This document shows, in pieces, positions 27,588 through 36,276 of a DNA stretch of 64,000 nucleotides. Made by a program: the position numbers and the translations under genes. The notes beneath the pieces are model-generated. The model searched no databases. It was not told where the DNA came from and saw only the letters and a program-made list of their open reading frames with translations. The number at the start of each line of letters is the position of its first letter. Within the stretch, counting starts at the first letter, position 1. This stretch comes from Phycisphaerae bacterium (lineage in GTDB: Bacteria; Planctomycetota; Phycisphaerae; UBA1845; PWPN01), in NCBI GenBank assembly GCA_018003015.1, contig JAGNEZ010000008.1, positions 97,599 to 161,598 on the forward strand, in the 5' to 3' direction.

Positions 27588-29123
27588 TCAGTCGTCCCTC
27601 AAGGCGGAAATGCGCAGATCGTCGATGACCATTGCGGCCGGACCGTGGACCTTGACGAAGAACGAGTAGTTGTCCCGGTCAAGTCGCGGGGTCTTGATCA
27701 CCCGCGTGTCGATCGTATTCTCGGGCGCGCCCCATCGGCGACGCTCGCCCAGGATCGACTGCCCCTCCGGACTCAACATCCCGATCTCGAAGGGATCGTT
27801 GTCCTGGCCACCACGGTCGACAACGCGGTAGAGAACCGAAATCTGGTAGGCCCGATACGCCAGCATGGTCGCATGAGCAGGGTCGGTCACGAACGTGACA
27901 TGCTCGCCGGGCCCCAGCGTCCGGGTATCAATCAGAACCGATCTGCCCCCGGTGAGCGCCAGCCGCAAGTCCTGTGTGGGTGTGGCTCCATCCTTGAGTG
28001 CGTAGCGGCGATCCGGATTCAGGTTGAAGCCGAATGCCAGCACCAGATCCAGCCGCTGGGCGGGCACCGCGTCCACACGATCCCAAAGCGGCAAGGTGGC
28101 GGAACCCTTTCTCACGCGGATCGCTTCGGAGAGCAACCGCAGTTCGTGTTCGAACCGCCACTTCTGCTGGCTCCAATGGGCACGGACTGGCACGTAACTC
28201 GCCTGATACTGCCGGATCGACCAGGGCGGCCCGGAGATCATCTGGGCCTGCCACCACGGAAGAGGCTCCGGAAACACATGATTGGCAACGGTCACCAGCC
28301 GGGCCCAGTCCTCCAGCGACTGCTGCAGCCGGCGCGTGCACTCGACTTCGTTCCCCTCACCCTTCCGAAACCGTTCCCACGCCACCGCTGCCTGAATCTT
28401 GTGCAGCATGTGTTCGGCCAGATTCGCGGCGAGCTCGATCCGGTCCAGTAGTGCGCTGAGTTGCTGACTCTGAACCGGATCCGTCGGATTCAGGTGCCTG
28501 AGGGCAGGCAGTCTGGACCTGCAGGCGTCCGCGTGCTGGCGCAGTTCGGCGGCGATGATCTCGGGCGTCGTCGCCCCGGGAGCCGGCCGGCCGTGGACAT
28601 AGTCGCGAATGCCGACCACCCGCGTCCGGGGGCCTTGTGGAATCTCGGCCGGTGCTGTCTGGGTGGCGGGCGAGGTCGTCGTGCTCGCGGGCGACCACCG
28701 CTGTTCCTCAAACGCCGAACGCGTCGGCAACTCCACGTAATCGACCAGGAGCAGACCCATCTGCGGCATGTAGCGGCCGGAAGGCTCGTATACCAGATCG
28801 GCGAACCGGGGGACGACGGCCGCCGCCCGCCGGATGCTCTCGAAAAGGTGCCCCGCGTAATCGCCGACGCCGTAGACAGCCCGGAGCCGCTGTTCTTCGC
28901 TCGCGCGATCGGCCGAACAGAGCCGCCGCAGATCCCCGGGCCAATCGGAGATCCTCGGTGACCCGGCGGGCAAAGTCGGAGGGTACCAGAGACCCGTCTC
29001 GAGAAGGGTGGCGCACCGCGGCGAGACGGCTTCAATCTCACCCGGAGACGGCCCCGACTCTTCGGTCGCCGCCCAGCCCGAGGCCGCCAGAATCCACACC
29101 AATGCGGAGGCTACTGGGAGCAT
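27588..29123 (-). CDS. Secreted hypothetical protein
   Basis: 511 aa with signal peptide MLPVASALVWILAASGWAA and no recognisable family. It lies 6 nt after the GreA-fusion stop and 2 nt before the birA start, so it is an operon member. Confidence 0.7.
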   Translation of the reverse strand: MLPVASALVWILAASGWAATEESGPSPGEIEAVSPRCATLLETGLWYPPTLPAGSPRISDWPGDLRRLCSADRASEEQRLRAVYGVGDYAGHLFESIRRAAAVVPRFADLVYEPSGRYMPQMGLLLVDYVELPTRSAFEEQRWSPASTTTSPATQTAPAEIPQGPRTRVVGIRDYVHGRPAPGATTPEIIAAELRQHADACRSRLPALRHLNPTDPVQSQQLSALLDRIELAANLAEHMLHKIQAAVAWERFRKGEGNEVECTRRLQQSLEDWARLVTVANHVFPEPLPWWQAQMISGPPWSIRQYQASYVPVRAHWSQQKWRFEHELRLLSEAIRVRKGSATLPLWDRVDAVPAQRLDLVLAFGFNLNPDRRYALKDGATPTQDLRLALTGGRSVLIDTRTLGPGEHVTFVTDPAHATMLAYRAYQISVLYRVVDRGGQDNDPFEIGMLSPEGQSILGERRRWGAPENTIDTRVIKTPRLDRDNYSFFVKVHGPAAMVIDDLRISALRDD

Positions 29124-29129
29124 GACTGT

Positions 29130-31397
29130 TTACTGGGGTCGGGGCACCTGGTCCAGGGCGTTCTCGATGGCCTCGATCCGCCAGCCCGTCTCAGGCCCGT
29201 CCAGCTCCAGGGTCACCACGTCACCCACCTTGAGCCCCCTGAGCCGCATGCACATGGGAGCACGATAGTTGTAGATTCCTTTCTCGGTATCCGACTCCCA
29301 TGGACCCAGGATCTGGATGGTGCGGCGGCCGCTGCCGTCAACCGCCGCGAGCGCCACCCGAGTGCCGACACTGATCTCATCGGTACGGATGTCGTTGGCG
29401 GTCAACAGCCGAGCCTGGCTCAATTCGTTCTGCATGGCCAGCAGCCGAGCCTGGAGCAGGTCGCGTTCCTCGAGGGCGAACTTGTACTCGGAGTTCTCGC
29501 TCAGATCGCCATGGGCCGCCGCCTCGCCGATCGCCTTCGCGTTCTCGGGAATCTTGACGTGGACCAGGTGGCTGATCTCCCCCTCCCGCTTCTGCATTCC
29601 GGCCTGGGTGCAGAAGATGAGGCCGTCATCCAGCCAGGGGTCAATCCGCGTCTTGACGAACAGCAGCGGATGGGTCTCGTGAACGATCTTCATCAGGGTC
29701 GAGCGGACAACCTGTCCCAGCCCCTCCATCCGGTCGACAGTCCGGTAGATGGTCGAGGCCATACCGGCTTCCATGCCGCTGATAATCTCGCGATAGTGTC
29801 TGTAATCCTGGGCACTCAGGGCTGCTCGAATGATCTCCCGGGTGTGCCGCAGGGTCCTCGCGGGAATCCGATCGCTGCGCGTGGCCTCGGCCAGATGATC
29901 CAGGAGCCTGGGCAGCAACTCGCGCCGGGGCACCGGCTCGAGAGCCTGGACGCTTGGTCCTCGCCACAACCAGCAGATCGCATCCAGATGCCGCCCGAAA
30001 TCCGCCAGCAGGCCGCCAACGATACGAACCACGTCCGCGGTCCGTCCTGCTTTGTCGAGCGCCGTGGCGATGGCGTCACATCCATCAACAGGAGCCACCG
30101 GCAGAAGAGACATGTAAAGGTCGATCCACTTTTCGGGCAGCGCCTCGCGAACCAGTTCAACTGCCGGAACGAAGAAGCGGTCATCGTCGATGCTGCTGAC
30201 CAGCGCGGCTGGGTCGGCACTGGCCGCCACAATCGCTCGCCCCGGCCGTTCCGCGTCCTCGGGAAGCTGCGCTCCTTGCGCCAGCCGATCGATCAGCAGG
30301 GCCTCGGTGAGGGCCTCCGCCGGCGCACCCTTCCGGGAAACGTCGACACGCTGCATCAGCTCACGGTGCAGTCGACGCACGAAGGCGGCCTTGGGCACGA
30401 GCCGCCGGGCCTTGGCTTCCCTCAGGTATGTCTCAATCACCGCCAGTCGCTGAGCGGGCGAAGCAGCCTTAAGCCAGGTCGGCTCGACCTCCTCCTCCAG
30501 CGTCTGCCCCTGGGCATGGTAGGTCAATACGACCGGATTGCGCCCCTCAACAATGACGTTCGGGCATCGCCGCAGGCCGGTTTTCGCTTTCGACCACCAG
30601 GCACTCCACTTGCTCTGGGGAACGAAACGTGGAACAAGCATCTGTTCCAGGTGATCCGAATCGACCTTGCCACCGTGACGACTCTGGAGGATGCCGATGA
30701 TCAACGACACCGGGTCCGATTCGATCATCGCGGCCAGTTCTTCCGGGCGAGCCTGCAACAGAACGCGAAAATCGTTCGCGCTCGCCGTGTCCCAGGCCAG
30801 CGCCAGGGCATCTGCGTCAAGCGTCTGCCTGCCGGATTTGCCCTTGATGGTGAAGTCCCACGTCGTCTCGCTGATCGCCTCCACCCGGGCCACTTCCTCA
30901 TCCGAGCGACTCACCAGATAATCGCCAACCGTGAGCCCGAGGCCGATCTCCAGCGTCCGCAGAGCACGCCGAGGGGATTTGCCGCCCGCCAGCCCCGACG
31001 CCGCCAGTAAAGCCTCAAAGCCCGACCGGTCGGCAAAGGCCTCCTTGTACAGCCCCACGACCTCCTGACGCATCTCCTCACTGTCACCACAGCAAAGCAG
31101 CAACTCTCGCCCCAGGGCCAGCGATTCAGCAACGCTGCATTCTTCCTTCCGGACGGTCAGCCAGCTCCAGCCCAGGGTGGCCGCTCGATCAGCTCGGCCC
31201 GACTGAGCCAGGGTCGCGAGGGCCTCAAGCATGTCCGCCTGGTCGCCATTCGGATGGTCGATTGCCATGAGCCAGCGATCGTCAAGTGTTCGCAGATCCC
31301 CCCGCTGGGCCAGTTCGGTCAGTGTCGATCCTTGGTTAGCCATGGGGATATCATGACGGCTGTGCGGATCGCTGTCCATAGCCATGCCGTCCCTCAT
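29130..31397 (-). CDS. GreA/GreB-family transcript-cleavage-factor module fused to a ~600-aa helical N-terminal extension
   Basis: The C-terminal ~155 aa are ...AHGDLSENSEYKFALEERDLLQARLLAMQNEL...ISVGTRVAL...LKVGDVVTLEL, i.e. a GreA coiled-coil tip (DLSENxEY) plus a C-terminal globular domain. The start ATG at 31397 overlaps the methyltransferase stop (ATGA). The track ORF's extra 55 N-terminal residues are rejected. Confidence 0.8.
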   Translation of the reverse strand: MRDGMAMDSDPHSRHDIPMANQGSTLTELAQRGDLRTLDDRWLMAIDHPNGDQADMLEALATLAQSGRADRAATLGWSWLTVRKEECSVAESLALGRELLLCCGDSEEMRQEVVGLYKEAFADRSGFEALLAASGLAGGKSPRRALRTLEIGLGLTVGDYLVSRSDEEVARVEAISETTWDFTIKGKSGRQTLDADALALAWDTASANDFRVLLQARPEELAAMIESDPVSLIIGILQSRHGGKVDSDHLEQMLVPRFVPQSKWSAWWSKAKTGLRRCPNVIVEGRNPVVLTYHAQGQTLEEEVEPTWLKAASPAQRLAVIETYLREAKARRLVPKAAFVRRLHRELMQRVDVSRKGAPAEALTEALLIDRLAQGAQLPEDAERPGRAIVAASADPAALVSSIDDDRFFVPAVELVREALPEKWIDLYMSLLPVAPVDGCDAIATALDKAGRTADVVRIVGGLLADFGRHLDAICWLWRGPSVQALEPVPRRELLPRLLDHLAEATRSDRIPARTLRHTREIIRAALSAQDYRHYREIISGMEAGMASTIYRTVDRMEGLGQVVRSTLMKIVHETHPLLFVKTRIDPWLDDGLIFCTQAGMQKREGEISHLVHVKIPENAKAIGEAAAHGDLSENSEYKFALEERDLLQARLLAMQNELSQARLLTANDIRTDEISVGTRVALAAVDGSGRRTIQILGPWESDTEKGIYNYRAPMCMRLRGLKVGDVVTLELDGPETGWRIEAIENALDQVPRPQ

Positions 31398-32278
31398 CGA
31401 AAGCCGACCACGTAGGCGACCCAGGCATCCTCCACTTCCGCCTGTCGCCGGCATCGGAATATGCCGTTCCCGGTGCCTTCCGATGTCGCCCCCTCCCAGT
31501 ACACCCGCGCCTGGCGAAAACCGACCTCCAGGAGCGCTTCCTGAAGCTCGGCCAGCGTCCACAGCCGCCAGTCGTAGGTGAACGCCCTCATCATTCGGCT
31601 GCCGTCAGGAAACGCGAAGTGTATGCAATTCAACGCCTCACTGGTGATCGGATTGTACTGGACCTGTTCCCAAACGTACGTGAAGCCCTGATAGCGAATC
31701 TTCTCCTCGTTCGGCCGGTGAGACTCCGGACCTCCGTAAAGATCCAGCACCAGGAGCCCGTCGGCTTTGAGTGCGCCACGACACTTGCGGAAGTACTCCA
31801 GCAGGAGAGGTCGCCGTTTGAAAACACAGAAGGAGAAATTCAGCGCGACGATGACATCCACGGGCGGTGCCTGCACGGTAAGTACATTGGCTCGACGAAG
31901 ACGAACGCGGGCACGTTGCGCGCGGGTCAACCGCGAAAGAAGATGGCTCCGGCTCCAGCGCAGAGGTTCGGGGTCCAGGTCCACACCAATCGCTCGATTG
32001 GCCGGTCCGGCCCTGACCCAATGAGCACAGATCAGACCCGTCCCACAGAAGTCCTCCCGAAGCCACAGCGGGAGGCGACCGTTCGCCTTCCGGTACACCC
32101 GCCTGACAAACTTGATCTCGCTGGCCGCGCACTGAACCGCCTCGCTGTAGAGCAGATGCCTGTCGGCCGTCCGGGCGGTCAACCGCCCCCGCGATCTCCC
32201 ATCTCTCAATGCCACATTCGTCGCCACGGTGCAACCTCCTACGGCCAAGCCACGGCCGCTGCCGGACCATCCGAACAT
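31394..32278 (-). CDS. Class I SAM-dependent methyltransferase
   Basis: Motif I is LREDFCGTGLI. Also present are AIGVDLD and DVIVALNFSFCVF...LKADGLLVLDLYGG. The start is taken at ATG 32278 (MFGWSG); the track ORF extends to 32428. Confidence 0.8.
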   Translation of the reverse strand: MFGWSGSGRGLAVGGCTVATNVALRDGRSRGRLTARTADRHLLYSEAVQCAASEIKFVRRVYRKANGRLPLWLREDFCGTGLICAHWVRAGPANRAIGVDLDPEPLRWSRSHLLSRLTRAQRARVRLRRANVLTVQAPPVDVIVALNFSFCVFKRRPLLLEYFRKCRGALKADGLLVLDLYGGPESHRPNEEKIRYQGFTYVWEQVQYNPITSEALNCIHFAFPDGSRMMRAFTYDWRLWTLAELQEALLEVGFRQARVYWEGATSEGTGNGIFRCRRQAEVEDAWVAYVVGFR

Positions 32279-32432
32279 AACCGCTGACACCTGCTTTTCA
32301 ACGGGATGGGCGGCAATTGACGGAATTTCCTGGCGCGATACACTGCTACTGAACCCGGCAACCCGGACAAGCAGGATAGGGCGTCGGTTGTCGCGAGAGA
32401 CGCCTCGATGGGCCGGATCAGGAATCACCGGA

Positions 32433-33329
32433 ATGGATGTACCCCAGCTGTTGGAGTTCTATCGCGCCCGCGGCTACGACTGCTTCGAGACGCCCGCGGG
32501 CCACTGGATGCTGATGGACGACTCCCGGGCGGTGAACCTCCCGCCCCTCGATGACATCTACCCGACACGAGAGGACATCCGACAGGTCTTCAAGAGAGGC
32601 GCTTGGGCCGTCCGCTTCTGCACGACAGGCCCTTGGGAACCGCTCTCGCAGGAGTTCGTGCTCAAGGCCGTTCCGTACGATCTCTCGGTCTGCAAGCAGA
32701 AGGCTCGTAACCAGGTCCGCGCCAGCATGTCCCGCTGTGCGTTCCGATCTCCCCGCGAGGCCGAACTGATCGAACAGGGTCTCGAGATCAACCTCCAAAC
32801 CGCCGCGAGGCACCGCACCAAGAACGACTTCCTGGTCGAACCAGAGAAATGGCGCCGCTACATGGCGGCCATCCTGGCCATGGCGGACGTCCACCCCTAC
32901 GCCGCCTACGTCAATGATGCCCTGGTCGCCTACCTGCTCCTGGTGGTGGTCGGCGAACGATTCGTGATCATACACCCCTTCATGAATGCCGCCGCATCCA
33001 AGCAGTACCCCATGAACGGGCTCCTCTTCCACGCCATCAATGACGCCCGCCAGAAACGGGGACCGTTGCCCGTCTCCTACGGCTTCGGTTCGATGTGGAA
33101 TATCGAATCCCTCGACCGTTTCAAGATGGCCATGGGTTTCGAACCAATTCCGCGCCCGCGAATCACCCTCTTCGCCCGTTCGGTCAGTCCCATGATCAAC
33201 AGCGCCGTGGGCGGAGTGCTGAAACGACTACCCCTGCTTCGGAGAACACTAGGGGGGCACTACGCCCGCATGCTCGAGGAGAAACGGCTGGGGAGCAGAT
33301 GGTGGGACACCGCGCCGGAGTCTCACTGA
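32433..33329 (+). CDS. FemAB-like / GNAT-fold acyl(aminoacyl)transferase
   Basis: The start MDVPQLLEFY is at ATG 32433. The C-terminal half (AAYVNDALVAYLLLVVVGERFVIIHPFMNAAASKQYPMNGLLFHAINDARQKRG) resembles the FemAB/BioF2-like acetyltransferase fold. Confidence 0.65.
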   Translation: MDVPQLLEFYRARGYDCFETPAGHWMLMDDSRAVNLPPLDDIYPTREDIRQVFKRGAWAVRFCTTGPWEPLSQEFVLKAVPYDLSVCKQKARNQVRASMSRCAFRSPREAELIEQGLEINLQTAARHRTKNDFLVEPEKWRRYMAAILAMADVHPYAAYVNDALVAYLLLVVVGERFVIIHPFMNAAASKQYPMNGLLFHAINDARQKRGPLPVSYGFGSMWNIESLDRFKMAMGFEPIPRPRITLFARSVSPMINSAVGGVLKRLPLLRRTLGGHYARMLEEKRLGSRWWDTAPESH

Positions 33330-33345
33330 CCGGGCCAGATACCCT

Positions 33346-34434
33346 TCATGCCTGCCGATTCGCACGCCGCCGGGCTATGGCGCGCAGCAGCGGCCGACAA
33401 TACACCTCACCCCACGAAACGAACCTCGCCGTGAGCGGCCGGTATACTCGGGTCACAGGCTCCGACCAGCGATGCTCCATCGGCCGGAAGCCGGCCTTGA
33501 ACAGCGTGGTCCCCTCGGTGCCCCAGTTGTTGAAATCGTAGGCCAGGCAGCCACGCTCTCTGCCCAGCCGCATCGCCTCCAGATGCATGAACTCGCCCGG
33601 ATAGCACGACTCGAACTCCCGCCGCATCCCTCCTTGGGCGTAGACCGCCACACGACCGGCGAAAAGGACGAGGATCGAACCGGCGATGCGATCACCCCTC
33701 CACGCCTGGATGAGATGCGCCCGATCCTTCACGATGAGGCGATTCAGAACAATCTGGAAGCTCGACAGGGGACGAACCTCATAACCGTGGTAGGCCCCGT
33801 TCTCGAGCCAGACCTCGTAGGATCGGACCAAGTCCTCGGCCGTCGTACCCAAATGGAGGCCCAGCCCGGTCGTCCTGCTCTTGCGCCCGTAGTAGCGTGT
33901 GTTCCGCCGCGACTCCGCCAGCACTCGGTCCTCCGACCGAGTCAAGTCAACTGAGAGTAGTGTGGAACTGAACTCGTGAGCATGGAACAGCCGCCCGCCG
34001 ACATAACCAGCCCGCCGGTACAAACCCAGCCCCTGTTCGTCGCCCAGCCGAACCGGCGGCCACGCCTGCACGTAGGCAACCTTGTCGCTGACAAACCGTC
34101 GTTCCAGACCGGCCATCACCTCGCGCCATTCGCCGTTACCCGGCTCATCGCAGACTGGTCCATGCGGGAGAATGGCAACCCGTCGGTCCACGAGCGGCAA
34201 CTTGAAGTGGGTGAATGCAGCCCCGGCGACGATCTGCCCCCCCCGCTTGAGGGTCAGAACCTCACAATCCAGACCCATCGGCCGATACGACGAAAGCCAG
34301 CCATGAAGCTGGAAGTAGTGCCCACGAGGATGGTGGACGACGAAGTCATCCCACGCCGCGTAGTCCGCGTCCTCGCCGGCGAACGACAGAACGGTCGCCG
34401 CCTGGGTGATTCCGGAAGCCGGCTCCGAGCCCAT
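33346..34434 (-). CDS. FemAB-family peptidyl/aminoacyl-transferase-like protein
   Basis: The start MGSEPASG is at ATG 34434, after GGAGGA. Blocks HPRGHYFQLHGW, ...NTRYYGRKS..., AGSILVLFAGRVAVYAQGGM...YPGEFMHLEAMRLGRERGCLAYDF and FKAGFRP are typical of FemAB/FemX-type proteins. Confidence 0.75.
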   Translation of the reverse strand: MGSEPASGITQAATVLSFAGEDADYAAWDDFVVHHPRGHYFQLHGWLSSYRPMGLDCEVLTLKRGGQIVAGAAFTHFKLPLVDRRVAILPHGPVCDEPGNGEWREVMAGLERRFVSDKVAYVQAWPPVRLGDEQGLGLYRRAGYVGGRLFHAHEFSSTLLSVDLTRSEDRVLAESRRNTRYYGRKSRTTGLGLHLGTTAEDLVRSYEVWLENGAYHGYEVRPLSSFQIVLNRLIVKDRAHLIQAWRGDRIAGSILVLFAGRVAVYAQGGMRREFESCYPGEFMHLEAMRLGRERGCLAYDFNNWGTEGTTLFKAGFRPMEHRWSEPVTRVYRPLTARFVSWGEVYCRPLLRAIARRRANRQA

Positions 34435-34649
34435 CAATCCTCCATCAATCCTCGGAGAAAACGACACCCGTCGCACCGACCGTCCCCCGAAGCCTGGCCC
34501 GATGATCGCTCGATGCTCTTCCACGGATTCGTTTCGGCGCCGATCGTCTACAGATGCACGGAGCGTACCAAGCCGCCCGCAGGGCTTCCCCCGAAGCCGA
34601 TGACGACCCGAAGACCATTGCGTTTTCTTCGGTTTTCTGGCGATATTCA

Positions 34650-34678
34650 CATATACATCAACTCCCGTTGATATGCAA
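34650..34678 (-). promoter_or_regulatory. Sigma-70-like promoter candidate in an AT-rich island upstream of the FemAB-family gene
   Basis: On the minus strand: TTGCAT (34678-34673), a 17-nt spacer, then TATATG (34655-34650). It is embedded in a repeated TTGATGT ... ATCAAC ... TTGATGT motif and is locally much more AT-rich than its surroundings. Confidence 0.3.
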
Positions 34679-34705
34679 CATCAATGTGGCACATTGGGGC
34701 GCTTT

Positions 34706-35047
34706 TCACGAGAAGCGCGGAAGGCGCGCATCAGGACCGGATTTCTGGCCATGCCGAGCCAGGGCTCTGGGAAGGGTGTGGCTCCTGGCTCGCTCTCGCC
34801 CCGCGGCCAAGGCATCTTCGAGCCGTTCAATATCGGCCTCGGTTGGCTTGTCCAGCTTCCACCGCTGCCGAGCAACGATCTGGGCCGCAATCTGTCCGGC
34901 GGCAACGCAGTAGTCGTGATGCTCCTGCTCGTTCATGTCGCCTGTACAACCCGATGTTCGGACAAACCGATTCGGAGACTGAGGGTACTTCGGCTCGTCT
35001 GCATGGTGGACGTTCCAGGTGAGTAGCACACCATCTCCAACGGCCAC
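34706..35047 (-). CDS. Hypothetical small protein (weak call)
   Basis: 113-aa ORF with a helical-looking C-terminal part (MNEQEHHDYCVAAGQIAAQIVARQRWKLDKPTEADIERLEDALAAG). No family was recognised. Confidence 0.3.
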   Translation of the reverse strand: MAVGDGVLLTWNVHHADEPKYPQSPNRFVRTSGCTGDMNEQEHHDYCVAAGQIAAQIVARQRWKLDKPTEADIERLEDALAAGRERARSHTLPRALARHGQKSGPDARLPRFS

Positions 35048-35399
35048 CTCGGCTACACAAGGCCACGGTTGGGTCGCTGCGAAGGTGTGCCCGCTGGGAA
35101 GCGGACGGCGCGGATGTGAGAATACGGTCGAGGCCGCTCAAGCGACGGTCCCTCGTGGCGGCATCCAGGTTACTTGAACACTGAGCAAGAAACCTCTATA
35201 GAGCTCCTCTTGAACGGCAGGGTGGCCGCGGGTAGCCTGGAGAACGCGAGATCAGGAATCGAACGAGGTTGAATCGCCCTGAACATCTTGTGCGGGCCGG
35301 CATCTGCCATCACAAGGCATCACGATGCAGTCGCACCCCCCGTGCTTCGGCAGCCAGCTCGGGCGAGGCAGCATGGCGAGTCCACCCTCGTCGCGTGGC

Positions 35400-36188
35400 T
35401 TACAGGCCCGCCTTGCCACCCGGACGGCCGGCATTCCCGTCGAGCCAGAGGATGACCGTCGCGTCGCTCCCTTTCCTGCCGCCGTAAGCGTGGGGGTAGG
35501 CTTTGGCGATGGCTTCCGGCAATCTGTAGGAGTTGCTCCAACTTGCGGCCCCGCGGAAACCGCACGCCCCTGGCCCGAAGGATGTGTTGTCCTGGACGAT
35601 AGGCATTTTTGATGCGTTCCAAACCTTGCCACTGGCATACCGCTTGCCCTTCAACAGCAGCTGGGTGTAGATGTTGGTGGGTATATTGCCGACTTCCTCG
35701 CCTGCCGCAATGGTCACCTTGAGCCACGCGTAGGTGTTCCTGTACCGCTCCCACATCTGCGGATGCGCGCCCGGGCACCGCCAAATGTCCGAGTAGGCAC
35801 TCAGGTAGAGCCGTCTGTCTCTGATTTCTCCTCTCTCCGCCGGCCGGACGCCGGCCAGCAGAGCATTCAGGCCGTATGTCTCGGGTAACGAGCGGGGATC
35901 ATCGGGGTCCTTCATGCCGGGCGGCCGTCTGAAGTACCAGTTACCCACCGCGGTCCATTCGGGTATCCGGTCGGAGTTGCTGTCCTTATACATCAGGATC
36001 GCGTTGTAGATGTTGTGCAGGTTGGCCATGCACACGACTCGCTTGGCTTGGCCACGCGCATTGCCGAGCGACGGCAACAGAATCGAGAGCAGCAAGGCGA
36101 TGATGGCAACCACCACAAGGACTTCAATCAAGGTGAATCCACGATGGTGCGTGGTCCTGCCTGTGAATCCGTGCGGGCTCGCATTCAT
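35400..36188 (-). CDS. Prepilin-type N-terminal cleavage/methylation domain protein (pseudopilin, DUF1559-like)
   Basis: The start MNASPHGF is at ATG 36188. It has the canonical G|FTLIEVLVVVAIIALLLSILLPSLGNARGQAKRVVCMANL. The C-terminus is a degenerate ...TVILWLDGNAG. Confidence 0.85.
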   Translation of the reverse strand: MNASPHGFTGRTTHHRGFTLIEVLVVVAIIALLLSILLPSLGNARGQAKRVVCMANLHNIYNAILMYKDSNSDRIPEWTAVGNWYFRRPPGMKDPDDPRSLPETYGLNALLAGVRPAERGEIRDRRLYLSAYSDIWRCPGAHPQMWERYRNTYAWLKVTIAAGEEVGNIPTNIYTQLLLKGKRYASGKVWNASKMPIVQDNTSFGPGACGFRGAASWSNSYRLPEAIAKAYPHAYGGRKGSDATVILWLDGNAGRPGGKAGL

Positions 36189-36276
36189 ATCGTTCGATCC
36201 AGTCGTTTTCAACGTGTCACGCCAGCTACAGGACACGGTGTCGGGCCGGAAGCGGCTTGCCTCTGCCCGAAACCGA

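Noticed and set aside
29511-31010. 499-aa plus-strand ORF opposite the GreA-fusion gene, and the 384-aa ORF at 61967-63121 opposite the AAA+ gene
   Set aside because: They are antisense shadows. The opposite strands carry diagnostic GreA and Walker A/B motifs.
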